Shown: in pieces, positions 20,273 through 29,642 of the stretch
Layout: every line of letters starts with the position of its first letter
Position numbering within the stretch: the stretch's first letter is position 1
IMG/VR virus record: IMGVR_UViG_3300029985_000017
Location: 99,230 to 163,229 of that record
Direction: 5' to 3' (one strand)
Source of the DNA: a virus
DNA: 64,000 bases
The notes under the pieces: generated by a model
Database searches by the model: none
The model's input: the letters and a program-made list of their open reading frames with translations, nothing else
Told to the model about the DNA's origin: nothing
Program-made: the position numbers and the translations under genes

Positions 20273-21078
20273 AGCTTATCTCCTTTTTTTATATTTTCTG
20301 AGCCCCATAAAGGTTGTAAATTAGTGTAGTGACAAGCCTTTAAAAATTGATCCCTATCTGTTAAATCAAAACTTGACAATGGAATAATATGGTCTATATG
20401 CCACTTACCATCACCTCTTCCCCAATTCCCCCACGTCATCTGGGGTTGAAAAAGAGATTCTAGATGTAATTTTAATTCTTCTATGGAACAACCCAAATCG
20501 GAAACTGCAGAACCGCCTTTTTGTCCATTTTTAATGGCTTGATTTAGCCTTGTTCTAAGATTTCCTGATAGTTTATGGTTTAAATCTGTTTCTCTAAGAA
20601 GTTTTTCGTACTCACGTCTTTCTTTTCTATGTGTTCTCTGATAGGCTCTTTTCTGTTCATTCAATTCTTCTCTATGTTTTTCTTGATATACTCTATCGTA
20701 TTCTGCTTTCTCATCTTTACGATTATCAGAATAAATCTTACGTTTGATCGCTATTTCTTCTTTATTTTCTTCGCGATATATTTTATCGTATTCAGCTTTT
20801 TGCTCTTTGGTAGCATCTCTATAAATCTTTGATTTTACTGAAATGACTTCTTTATTTTCTTCGTAATAATCTTTTTTATCTTTAGTTAATTTTTCTTTAT
20901 TGTTTTCTCGCCATTCGCGCTGTCTAATGCGTATCTTTTCCTTGTTTTTTAAAACATATTCTTTTATGCAGTCTTTGCACTGACTACTCAGGCCGCTTTT
21001 GGCTCTCTTGTCTTTATCAAATTGAGTTGAGTCTTTTTCAATTTTGCATTTAGAGCATGGTTTCATAATTGTGACCAT
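20242..21078 (-). CDS. HNH homing endonuclease
   Basis: CSKC..CKDC N-terminus, K/E helical repeats, WHIDHIIP...HYTNLQPLW..EN. Confidence 0.85.
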   Translation of the reverse strand: MVTIMKPCSKCKIEKDSTQFDKDKRAKSGLSSQCKDCIKEYVLKNKEKIRIRQREWRENNKEKLTKDKKDYYEENKEVISVKSKIYRDATKEQKAEYDKIYREENKEEIAIKRKIYSDNRKDEKAEYDRVYQEKHREELNEQKRAYQRTHRKERREYEKLLRETDLNHKLSGNLRTRLNQAIKNGQKGGSAVSDLGCSIEELKLHLESLFQPQMTWGNWGRGDGKWHIDHIIPLSSFDLTDRDQFLKACHYTNLQPLWGSENIKKGDKLCQSRDKNQF

Positions 21079-21081
21079 AAA

Positions 21082-22041
21082 TTATTTTGTGAACACTAGG
21101 GTGCTTAAAGACGAGTCCATTGGTTCCAAAGGGGGGCTAGTGGGTAGTCCCAAATTCCCGTAATGTACGTGATTATCAAAAATTAAAGCAAAATCGTTGC
21201 CTCTAATAACAGATTGCACAGCATCAACACCCAACTTAATGGTGCTCCCATCTACAGTAGTAGTTCCCTGTGCAATTATGTTTGCAGTTCCTTGGGTATT
21301 TATATTTGTGTCGCCTTGCGTAGTAATATTGGTATTACCCTGAATATTTACAGTCCAATTACCGCTAGTAGCCATGTTTATTTCTTTAGCGGTATTATCT
21401 ATCTTAACTGTAGCGGTATTATTGGTTACACTAAATGTTCCATCAGTTCCTATAGCTAAAATAGTTGTTCCATTTGAAGAATCTATTACATCGCCATTAT
21501 TGTCTGTGGCGCTATTCCAAGTAAGGGAGGTAGATCCGTCAGCCAAAATATTTACTGCAACTCCATTATACTCTCCAAAAAGCATTGGGGCTGTGGAAGT
21601 AAGGTTGGTGGGGCGATCTGGATGGTTAAGACCTCCAAGAATAACACCTTTCCCCATTGTGGAATCTATACACAATACTAATACGGTTGCTCCATTTTGT
21701 CCTTTAGTTAAGGGAAGAGCCTGATTTTCAGTTTGAGTTTGAACCCTAAAATTCTTTTCAAAATAATCTGCAATAGAACCCAATCCATCTACAGAGAGAC
21801 AGTTTTTATAGGTTATTGGAGCCATACCTCTATTCATATCCTGTTCTATAACATCCACATCGTATTCTGTGGATAATTTACTTATATTGCCTGGATCATT
21901 TACGGAATAAATCTGTGTAACAATACCAAACCTTAGGGCCGTATTAGAATAAGTCTTATTTAGCCCACGATTAAAGTCTGATGGGTCACATGAAAGCAGA
22001 CCATGGGGCATTACCGTTCCATTATCTAAGAAATTATTCAT
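21082..22041 (-). CDS. Baseplate central spike (gpV/gp5-like)
   Basis: OB-like N-terminus, beta-helix repeats (NITTQGDTNINTQG), C-terminal HVH metal site. Confidence 0.8.
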   Translation of the reverse strand: MNNFLDNGTVMPHGLLSCDPSDFNRGLNKTYSNTALRFGIVTQIYSVNDPGNISKLSTEYDVDVIEQDMNRGMAPITYKNCLSVDGLGSIADYFEKNFRVQTQTENQALPLTKGQNGATVLVLCIDSTMGKGVILGGLNHPDRPTNLTSTAPMLFGEYNGVAVNILADGSTSLTWNSATDNNGDVIDSSNGTTILAIGTDGTFSVTNNTATVKIDNTAKEINMATSGNWTVNIQGNTNITTQGDTNINTQGTANIIAQGTTTVDGSTIKLGVDAVQSVIRGNDFALIFDNHVHYGNLGLPTSPPLEPMDSSLSTLVFTK

Positions 22042-23999
22042 AAGTTCCCACTATTGTTAGTGTTTGTAGGATTAGGTTGATTTGGGAATATACCGGTTTG
22101 TTTTGGTTGTGGCATCATAGTATTTGGTTGAGTAAGAGGATTGTTGGTATCATCAATACTAGGGGTACGATAAGGTACATTCTGACTTTCCGAAACGCCA
22201 GGCAAGATTTGGTCTATCTTATAGTCCCAAGCTCTTTCTGCGTAAGCATTTGTGTAGTCCATTTCTGGATATATAACACCGTACTGAGAGCTGCTGCGAA
22301 CAGAAAGTCCATTAGAAACACTTATAATAGTTCTAAAACTTTTAACACCATTACTTGGGCTTATAGAACATTGATGAACTATTTGTTCTATATGATAAAC
22401 AACGCCTTCAAATTCAAAATTGTCGCCAATGGCGATTGGATCAGGTATTCCAGCACATACGAAGGTGCCATTGAGCTTTAGGTGCCCTCCAATTAAAGCG
22501 TCGGCATGGATCCTAGCCCAAATAGGGCTGTTAAAGGCCGTTCTAGATACAGCGCCGTAAATGTCGAACATGCTGGAACTTACAGCAGGTCTAAGTCCGC
22601 TTCTTTGAATGTCATTTGCGTCATATTGATAATTATGATTAGCACTTTCTAAGGTATAATCCGATCCAAGTGCCCCTCCCTGAAGAAGTCTAGCAAAAAC
22701 TTGAACATAATTGATTCTTAAGGCTTCGTCTCTACCAATATCCTGTGAAATTACCAAGGCGGGTGAAACTTTCCATCTTGGCAAGTTCATAAATTTAGTT
22801 GTAGAAACACCACTTACTGCAGTTCCATTATTTGCTTCAAAATCTTCATTCGTAAATGGTATTTGTCTTAAAACTACAGTGGGAATAATAGTACCATCAT
22901 CTGGATCTGCTCTAAAACAAGTAAAAAATTCATTTAAAGGTTTATTTACATATTGATTTAAAATATCCCAGGCTTTTACCTGATTCCAATATTCAGGGGA
23001 TAAAATAGCTCTACCGGCAACAGGAATGGGCGTGTAATAAAATCCATCTGAAGACAAACCATCAGACATGGTTGGATTTAACCCTACTTTGGGACTTACA
23101 TTAGAACTGGTATTATTGTATTGTTGAAGTCCAAACCAATAATTATATAAATCTGCTGCAGTTGTAACTACACCTGGGTCATAACCGAGTAATTGTCCAA
23201 CGATTCCGGGCATAAAAAATTGATCGTTAGGTGTCTGAAAGGCTTGCCCAGTAATATTATTACCGGCTGCTCTAGGCGAACTTGAACCAATAAAAGTGGT
23301 TATTAAAGTTTTGATTAAATCTTGAAGACTTTGGTTTTTATTAGCACTAACAAGTTGCTGCCATTTAGTATTAATTTGGGATGCAAAAATTAAAGCTCCA
23401 CCACTATTCTGCAAGGCAACTGATGGATCAAAATAAAGCATGTTATTGAATTCAGTAAAAGCATATCCTGTAATTTTAAATATAACGCCTTTTTTACCAG
23501 TCTCTTGATCTATTACGGCTACAGTTCTTCTAACTGACTGTACCTTAAAAAGACCTTTAAACCCATCATTAAAGTTATTTATGGCTCCTACTTTACCACC
23601 GGTCACTCTAGAATAAAGCGTATCTACTTGAGAATCCCAATTAAGCATATTAACTAATACGAAATCTCCGGGAGCTATTGCAGTAAGATAATTAACATCG
23701 GTTTGAACTAAAGTCGCTTCCATGCTAGGGGTAAAGGAATTTTTATTGCTGCTAACAGAAACACTTATACAATCATTGATTACTACTAGAGGATCTAGCG
23801 TGGCTTTTAATGCAGCTAAGGCTCCTGCGTTTTTAGCAGGGTTATCATTTATTGTTTCATCAATCCTATAAGTATCTCTATATTTCCACCTTACAAAAGT
23901 AAGCATCCAAGATGGACTAGTAATATTAACGAAATGGTTCTCATTTTGTCCAGATCCCTTTGGGTTTATATAATAAGTATAAGCTTTAGAATCCGACAT
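22038..23999 (-). CDS. Baseplate hub protein
   Basis: Between tape measure and spike; G.PDPIAIGD...YHIEQIVH hub-like C-terminus. Confidence 0.7.
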   Translation of the reverse strand: MSDSKAYTYYINPKGSGQNENHFVNITSPSWMLTFVRWKYRDTYRIDETINDNPAKNAGALAALKATLDPLVVINDCISVSVSSNKNSFTPSMEATLVQTDVNYLTAIAPGDFVLVNMLNWDSQVDTLYSRVTGGKVGAINNFNDGFKGLFKVQSVRRTVAVIDQETGKKGVIFKITGYAFTEFNNMLYFDPSVALQNSGGALIFASQINTKWQQLVSANKNQSLQDLIKTLITTFIGSSSPRAAGNNITGQAFQTPNDQFFMPGIVGQLLGYDPGVVTTAADLYNYWFGLQQYNNTSSNVSPKVGLNPTMSDGLSSDGFYYTPIPVAGRAILSPEYWNQVKAWDILNQYVNKPLNEFFTCFRADPDDGTIIPTVVLRQIPFTNEDFEANNGTAVSGVSTTKFMNLPRWKVSPALVISQDIGRDEALRINYVQVFARLLQGGALGSDYTLESANHNYQYDANDIQRSGLRPAVSSSMFDIYGAVSRTAFNSPIWARIHADALIGGHLKLNGTFVCAGIPDPIAIGDNFEFEGVVYHIEQIVHQCSISPSNGVKSFRTIISVSNGLSVRSSSQYGVIYPEMDYTNAYAERAWDYKIDQILPGVSESQNVPYRTPSIDDTNNPLTQPNTMMPQPKQTGIFPNQPNPTNTNNSGNL

Positions 24000-26248
24000 T
24001 ATTGGGCAATACCCGCTTGCTGCTGTTTATTCTGTGCATTCTTTTTAGCCGCATCCAGGGCATCTTTAGCTCTCCAGGCATCGTCCAGGTTACTAGATCC
24101 GGGATTTCTAGTCATTGCATCGTATTTTGCTTGTGCGGTATTTACGTCGCCCTGAGCTTTTTGCAGTCCAGGCATATCTGCATGCAACATCTTTGCCGCT
24201 TCTAAGGCATCCTTAGCAAACTGATTAATGCTATCGCTTAGGGTTGAAAGTGAATTTTGGGCATTTAGAGAAGATGCTTGAATCATTTTGTCACCAGCCA
24301 AACCGGTTTGGCCTTCCATTTTCTTTTCATTCTGGCCAAACAATTCCTTTATTTTGGCATCTCTTTCAGAACCTTCCGGCATATTTAATATTTGAGCATA
24401 AGACTTTGTTTCAGCAGCACCCATACCAGGATTTAAAGTACCTATCATGCCCCTTACATCATAGCCAGTGCCACTACGACCACCCATAGCAGTCTTCATA
24501 TTATCTATTGAGCGCCCTCTCAATTTTTTAGCCAATTCTGGGCCACTTAATCCTATTTTCTTTGCAGAATTTATAAAACCCTCATCGGTTTCATCAATTT
24601 CATTGGGTTTTAATTTTAACAATGCTTGAAGTTCTGCCGGATCCTTTATTTGGGATAAATCTTTATCCTGCATAGCAGAAGAAATATTGATTCCGCCTAA
24701 ATATCCAGAGGTTTCGGTTGCATTAGACTGAAAAGCTTCAAAAGCTGATTTTCCAGCTTCAATATTTCTAGTAGTAGGAGCACCGCCAATAGCCGCTTTC
24801 ATTAGATCTGCGATATTAGAGGCTGATTCTGTAGAAGTAGAACCCCCTTTAAAAATTTGTTCCGTGACACCCTGGAGAAATTTTCTGTTTTCTTCAGCAT
24901 ATTTAGAGTTATCAAAACCACGAGAAAAGATGTCAATTAAAGTTTTTCTGCTGGTTTCAGGAATGCTTTGTGTACCGCTGATCTGCCCTAAAAGTTGGTT
25001 TGCATTTGTTAATCCAAGGCCCCTTTCGGCCTTAAGGGCCATACTGGATTGTCCTGCCATAGCGGTAGATCCACCGGCACCTAAGATGCCTTGGGATGCT
25101 CCTACAACTTGTTGGTCGGTAAAATTACCGCCCATTTGACCCTGTAGATATCCTCCTTTAGAAAAATAATGGAGATCATTCATTCCCAAGGTCCTTTGCA
25201 TTCCTATATCTCTTTGGGAAGTATCTCTGAGTCTATCAATAGAGGCCTTTCTAAGGGGATCCATTTCATGAGCACTGTCTAACATTGTTGAAAAATCTTG
25301 AGTATATTGTTGTGCTTGATAGGCTCCGTATTTTCCTCTGTCTAGTACACCATGGCTAGTGGCTAATGCCCCAACACCTGCAGCACCTACTACTCCCAAT
25401 CCAGCGGCCATAGAAAGGCCTCCAGTAGGTATGGCTAAAAGTGCTCCAGCAGCAACAGCAGCCCCTGCACCTATTTTAACCCAATCAGAAACTTCGCCTT
25501 CTTTTTTTGCTTTAGTTGCAGCATCAGCCGCTTTTTTTCTATCGCCACCAAACATGCTTTGATAGGTATATTCACCACTACGACTTTCGGAAAACTGTCT
25601 CCCAGTTAAACCGGCAACAGCAGATCCTTGCATGCTAGCGATTTCAATAGGTCTTCTAGCCATATACTCTACAGCTTGGGCTACAACGCCTGCAATGGCT
25701 CCTGCACTAGTAGCAGTCATACCGGCCTTTTCCATGCCGCTCATGCCTCCCCAGGCTTGCTGGAGGCCACCCATACCACCCATCTTAAACTCTCTTTCCA
25801 TGGTTTGGAGGAGTTCCTTATAGGTCCTAGTTCTTTTTTCGGTAGCTACCGTGAGCATACCTTCATTCTTAAGTTTCTTATCGCTCCATTCACCTATGAC
25901 CTTTTCGGTATCTTTTATATCCTTACCGGCCTTAAGTTGAGCTTCTTTAAACTTGTTTAAGCGTTCTTCATTCTTAAGAATTTTTTCTTGATTTTTAATT
26001 AAATCTGCGACGTAAGTCTTTTGTTCAGTTTCGGTCTTCTTTCTCTCTCTTACAACTTTTTCGTAATCAGGAGAACCGGGCAAGCCGCCATAGCCCATAG
26101 ATTTAAGTCTTTGATCTAATTGCATTTGCATTTGACCTTGACCTGGCGCTTGATTAAGCTGTTTAAGCTTGTCCATAGCCGCTTTGATGCCTTGCTGAAA
26201 ATTCCTATCATCAAAATCTAAACTTATCTTGAGCTTTTTTTCAGACAT
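23999..26248 (-). CDS. Tape measure protein
   Basis: 749 aa helical, A/G/Q-rich with hydrophobic stretches; first gene of tail module. Confidence 0.7.
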   Translation of the reverse strand: MSEKKLKISLDFDDRNFQQGIKAAMDKLKQLNQAPGQGQMQMQLDQRLKSMGYGGLPGSPDYEKVVRERKKTETEQKTYVADLIKNQEKILKNEERLNKFKEAQLKAGKDIKDTEKVIGEWSDKKLKNEGMLTVATEKRTRTYKELLQTMEREFKMGGMGGLQQAWGGMSGMEKAGMTATSAGAIAGVVAQAVEYMARRPIEIASMQGSAVAGLTGRQFSESRSGEYTYQSMFGGDRKKAADAATKAKKEGEVSDWVKIGAGAAVAAGALLAIPTGGLSMAAGLGVVGAAGVGALATSHGVLDRGKYGAYQAQQYTQDFSTMLDSAHEMDPLRKASIDRLRDTSQRDIGMQRTLGMNDLHYFSKGGYLQGQMGGNFTDQQVVGASQGILGAGGSTAMAGQSSMALKAERGLGLTNANQLLGQISGTQSIPETSRKTLIDIFSRGFDNSKYAEENRKFLQGVTEQIFKGGSTSTESASNIADLMKAAIGGAPTTRNIEAGKSAFEAFQSNATETSGYLGGINISSAMQDKDLSQIKDPAELQALLKLKPNEIDETDEGFINSAKKIGLSGPELAKKLRGRSIDNMKTAMGGRSGTGYDVRGMIGTLNPGMGAAETKSYAQILNMPEGSERDAKIKELFGQNEKKMEGQTGLAGDKMIQASSLNAQNSLSTLSDSINQFAKDALEAAKMLHADMPGLQKAQGDVNTAQAKYDAMTRNPGSSNLDDAWRAKDALDAAKKNAQNKQQQAGIAQ

Positions 26249-26281
26249 TACAATACCTTATGAATTTGAGCGTTTAAACGC

Positions 26282-26340
26282 AAAAAAGCGTATAGATTAA
26301 AGATTCCAGTTTTTGCTGGATATCTAGAACCTATACGCTT
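26282..26340 (-). terminator. Long hairpin plus U-tract containing an AATCTTTA motif
   Basis: AAGCGUAUAG-GUU-cu-AGAU-a-UCCAG-caaaaa-CUGGA-AUCU-uu-AAU-CUAUACGCUU-UUUU. Confidence 0.7.
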
Positions 26341-26381
26341 CCTATATCATAGGATATGAATATCTTAGATAAAACGAGGAC

Positions 26382-26585
26382 TTAGCGCAAACGATTGCGT
26401 TCCCTCAATTGAATGAGTTGAGTTTCCAAGTTCTTGAAACTAGTACGAAAGTCATCCAAAGTCTTATTGGTCTGTTCAATATGGGCATTTAATTTAACCA
26501 CAAGATCATCAAAAATTCTAGGAGCTGATGCATGAGTAGTTACATAGCCAATAACTGGGGGATCCACTTTCTTCTTCTTAGCCAT
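26382..26585 (-). CDS. Small coiled-coil protein
   Basis: Start MAKKK overlaps the previous stop. Confidence 0.55.
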   Translation of the reverse strand: MAKKKKVDPPVIGYVTTHASAPRIFDDLVVKLNAHIEQTNKTLDDFRTSFKNLETQLIQLRERNRLR

Positions 26586-26832
26586 TCTGTTCACCATCTT
26601 TTTCGTTTTTTATGGATTCAATATTAACACTATAGGCCTTTTCGATTTTCTTATAGACGGTAAGATTACAAACACCTAAAATCTTAGCAGCTTTAGATTT
26701 ATTCCCTTTAGTCATTTTAAGAACTTTAAATAGATAAAGTCTTTCCACTTCTTCTAGAGTGGGCCAATTTGTAATATCTATATATTCTCCATGTCCTTCG
26801 CTGCCTTCGGCTTCGATTTCCGTTTCTCCCAT
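26578..26832 (-). CDS. Stand-alone Fis-type helix-turn-helix protein (like the C-terminal HTH of NtrC-family activators)
   Basis: PTLEEVERLYLFKVLKMTKGNKSKAAKILGVCNLTVYKKI; start at ATG 26832 after GGGAG. Confidence 0.85.
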   Translation of the reverse strand: MGETEIEAEGSEGHGEYIDITNWPTLEEVERLYLFKVLKMTKGNKSKAAKILGVCNLTVYKKIEKAYSVNIESIKNEKDGEQNG

Positions 26833-26845
26833 ATGAATCTCCCTA

Positions 26846-27880
26846 TTAAAATTCAAGGCTGTTGTCGTTTCGTACATAACCTTGTTTTGTCCTAGCGATA
26901 GCGTAAATCTTTTCTTCAAAACTATTGAAATCTTTCGAACCCAAAGCATTAATAGCATCTTTGATCAATTGGCCATCTTTAACCATCAAAGCCCTGCCCA
27001 AATTATCGGATTTAATCTTAGTTACTTCACCTTCAACTAACTTATTCCATACTAGATAAGTAAAAAGATATCCACTTGAAATGAATTTAGAAGCCCTATC
27101 GTTTAGAATAGCATTTGCTCTAGAACCTTTATTGGAATCTCCTTCTTTAATAACATATTTCAATACATCCAAGGCATAATTCATTGCTTCTACAAATTGT
27201 GCTTTTTTTGTATAACCCAACTTAAGAGTAAACTTACTATCGCCTGTGGGAATCTTGGAAAGTTGCTTCACTTTTTGTGCAATATTACCAGACAATACTT
27301 TTTCTACTGAAAAGTCATTATAATCATGAAAAGTCATACAATAAAGAATCGAAGCGATTTGCTTATATTGTTTAACAGTAATAAGTTTAACTCCAAAATA
27401 AAGGGAAGTATCAACAAGTCCAATACAATCCCTAATCAAACTTGCGAAAGCCAAGTCAGGATTGATTAGAAGATCCTTAATCTTAAGCCCAACAGCGCTG
27501 CCTTCAGCAAGATAAATAGAAAGAGCTTCTTGTGTTGGAAACACGTATAGAGTCGCATTGCAACTTCCATCAGTTCCAAGTCCTCCATCCCTTTTATGAA
27601 CCAAATTTAGAGCGGCCATACGATGGTGACCACCACGTCGTTCTAGTGTATATCCACCATTTCTTTTTACGGGTACAGCTAGAATAACACCAAAATGGTC
27701 TGGATTAAAGTTATCTGCATACGACTGTACTCTATTTTCATCAAGAGCCCTATTGTTATTATAGGCAACCATATCTTTTACTACAAATTCTGCATCCCAC
27801 AATTGGTCTAGGGTTGCGGTATAAGAAGTACCATTTCGGCCTACTTGTCCATTGCTTTTAAATCTTTTCAAGATATCCAT
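26846..27880 (-). CDS. ParB/Srx-like N-terminal domain protein
   Basis: NNRALDENRV...GGHHRMAAL; start at ATG 27880 after AAGGAG. Confidence 0.6.
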   Translation of the reverse strand: MDILKRFKSNGQVGRNGTSYTATLDQLWDAEFVVKDMVAYNNNRALDENRVQSYADNFNPDHFGVILAVPVKRNGGYTLERRGGHHRMAALNLVHKRDGGLGTDGSCNATLYVFPTQEALSIYLAEGSAVGLKIKDLLINPDLAFASLIRDCIGLVDTSLYFGVKLITVKQYKQIASILYCMTFHDYNDFSVEKVLSGNIAQKVKQLSKIPTGDSKFTLKLGYTKKAQFVEAMNYALDVLKYVIKEGDSNKGSRANAILNDRASKFISSGYLFTYLVWNKLVEGEVTKIKSDNLGRALMVKDGQLIKDAINALGSKDFNSFEEKIYAIARTKQGYVRNDNSLEF

Positions 27881-27881
27881 A

Positions 27882-28025
27882 TTATTCTCCTTGAGTCTCG
27901 GTCGTAGCAGTCTTAGGCTTATTCTTAGAGCCCTTTGGTCGTCCTCGGCCACGCTTTACAGCGGGAGCAGCATTAACAGTCGTTGAGGTCGTAGTGGTAA
28001 CAGAATCAGTATTAGTAGTAGTCAT
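27882..28025 (-). CDS. 47-aa AT-hook microprotein (absent from ORF track)
   Basis: AAGGAG RBS; MTTTNTDSVTTTTSTTVNAAPAVKRGRGRPKGSKNKPKTATTETQGE. Confidence 0.8.
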   Translation of the reverse strand: MTTTNTDSVTTTTSTTVNAAPAVKRGRGRPKGSKNKPKTATTETQGE

Positions 28026-28048
28026 ATTTATCTCCTTGTTTAATTAAA

Positions 28049-28077
28049 AGTCTAACCGGTTTATTTACAAAAGTCAA
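28049..28077 (-). promoter_or_regulatory. sigma70-type promoter
   Basis: TTGACT-N17-TAGACT. Confidence 0.75.
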
Positions 28078-28080
28078 GCT

Positions 28081-28266
28081 TTATTTTTGTAAATTCTTTA
28101 TTTTATTTCTTAAGGTCTCTGCTTGATTTTTAAAAAATTGATCAAGAGTAGAATCATCATTTTTGATGTTTCTAACTGTATATTTAATAAGAGTATTTAG
28201 GAATTCAATTTGAGGATTCATGGATTTTTTCTTTGTCTTAATTTTTTTAGTCTTCTTTTTGGCCAC
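28081..28266 (-). CDS. Small basic protein
   Basis: GTG start, Lys-rich. Confidence 0.5.
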   Translation of the reverse strand: MAKKKTKKIKTKKKSMNPQIEFLNTLIKYTVRNIKNDDSTLDQFFKNQAETLRNKIKNLQK

Positions 28267-28280
28267 ACATCACCGTTTCT

Positions 28281-28871
28281 TTAAAATGGAAATTTAATAC
28301 CTAAGCCCATGAAATCTTTGCCTTGGTTTGGCATTTCTAAACCAGCACTAGAAAAATGATTGTATGTAATTCCAATACTGTCGTGTTGTTTGTCCACAAT
28401 ACCAAAAAAGATGGTCTCATTGAACTGAAATGGACCTCCAAGAGCAGAATCTGGAGTTGATATTAGGGTAGGGCCACTAAAAATACTTGCTTGAACTACG
28501 TCATTTGTGACTTCAAAGCCCAATTGATACCCTGCAAATGTACTATTATGTCTACCATCACCCCTAGCATCTAACCATGCACCGCCGTTAAGTCTTTGCT
28601 TTAGTGTATACCAAAGATCCTCCTGAATACCCATTTCAAGCATTTTCACTTGAGAAATGCTATGTCCCTCAGTACTAAATACTCCCAATCCAGAATTAAT
28701 TAAAAACTTGTCATCTTCAGCTTTAGCATAATTAGTCGCAAATATAATTAAAGCAATTGCCAACCAACTCAATATAACTACTATCTTTATAAAATTATTC
28801 TCTGTTTTGTGTGGTTCATTTTTTACAACTCTTAAATTACTTCTGCGCTTCTTATAGCTTTTTGTAGTCAT
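28281..28871 (-). CDS. PagL-like outer-membrane beta-barrel (lipid A 3-O-deacylase family)
   Basis: Signal/TM segment; FQFNE...YNHFSSAGLEMPNQGKDF...FPF resembles HxSNAG..PNxG; terminal Phe. Confidence 0.7.
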   Translation of the reverse strand: MTTKSYKKRRSNLRVVKNEPHKTENNFIKIVVILSWLAIALIIFATNYAKAEDDKFLINSGLGVFSTEGHSISQVKMLEMGIQEDLWYTLKQRLNGGAWLDARGDGRHNSTFAGYQLGFEVTNDVVQASIFSGPTLISTPDSALGGPFQFNETIFFGIVDKQHDSIGITYNHFSSAGLEMPNQGKDFMGLGIKFPF

Positions 28872-29227
28872 TTGTTGCCTTTCTTCAAAAGACCATCTAA
28901 AATAAAAGATTTAAACAAAATCTTATCTATTCTCTTGGGCTGGCATCTTTCTTGCCATTCTACAAGTTGAAGTTTTTGAGACTTGCACATTACTTGAGCC
29001 TTGCAAACATGATAATTTGGCATAGAATCTGATTCAATCGTAATCTTATAACAATAGAATGAAGGAATTGGATTCCATATATTAATACCATACTTATCTT
29101 TAAGGCCAAAAAGAATTTGTTCTACAGGTCTTTGGCACACAAAATGCGTGGGATCTCCATAAAAAATATCGCCTTTCTTTGGTGGCTTAAAATAAAGGTG
29201 TAATTTGCGGAAAAAACGCTGCACCAT
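28868..29227 (-). CDS. Hypothetical protein
   Basis: In operon, ATGA overlap. Confidence 0.5.
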   Translation of the reverse strand: MVQRFFRKLHLYFKPPKKGDIFYGDPTHFVCQRPVEQILFGLKDKYGINIWNPIPSFYCYKITIESDSMPNYHVCKAQVMCKSQKLQLVEWQERCQPKRIDKILFKSFILDGLLKKGNK

Positions 29228-29236
29228 CTTTATACC

Positions 29237-29641
29237 CTATACCTTCTTTTTTAGAATGTCAAGCGCTTTCTTGGTGTCCGCCGAAGTTAAACCGATAAAT
29301 GGGTTTGTTTGGACCAAACGGTCTCTAACGCTATCCATGTCATTATTATCGTCCAATATAACGAAGTACTTGGGCTTATATTCGGCAATCCACCTTAGGA
29401 TGTGCTTTCCACGATCTCCAGTTTTAAGATCCGTTCTGTCAATCACTCTAGTTGAGTTAACACCATTTTCCTTTAGGGCTTCTTTGCAGAACTTAACACC
29501 TTTGTGTCGCCAAGAAGAGCTGATAACGATCTTTAGGTCCGGTTCGGCATCTAGAAGCTTATTTAAATTCTTACAGGCAGCTTCAGAAAATTTACCTGCA
29601 ATGTGGACAACTCCATCAAAATCCAAAAAAAGTACCCTCAT
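29237..29641 (-). CDS. HAD-superfamily phosphatase (RNA-repair 'Swiss army knife' type)
   Basis: LFLDFDGV, IVISSSWR, FVILDD. Confidence 0.8.
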   Translation of the reverse strand: MRVLFLDFDGVVHIAGKFSEAACKNLNKLLDAEPDLKIVISSSWRHKGVKFCKEALKENGVNSTRVIDRTDLKTGDRGKHILRWIAEYKPKYFVILDDNNDMDSVRDRLVQTNPFIGLTSADTKKALDILKKKV

Positions 29642-29642
29642 A

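Noticed and set aside
809-25960. Plus-strand ORFs overlapping the structural genes (e.g. 809-1351, 2913, 8395, 11396-12528, 21214-25960)
   Set aside because: Antisense shadows of long minus-strand genes; no SD or recognisable motifs
26833-26958. Listed long N-termini of the Fis-HTH gene and similar overlapping starts (27952, 42055, 48535, 49469)
   Set aside because: They overlap upstream genes; downstream ATGs have better SD or coupling
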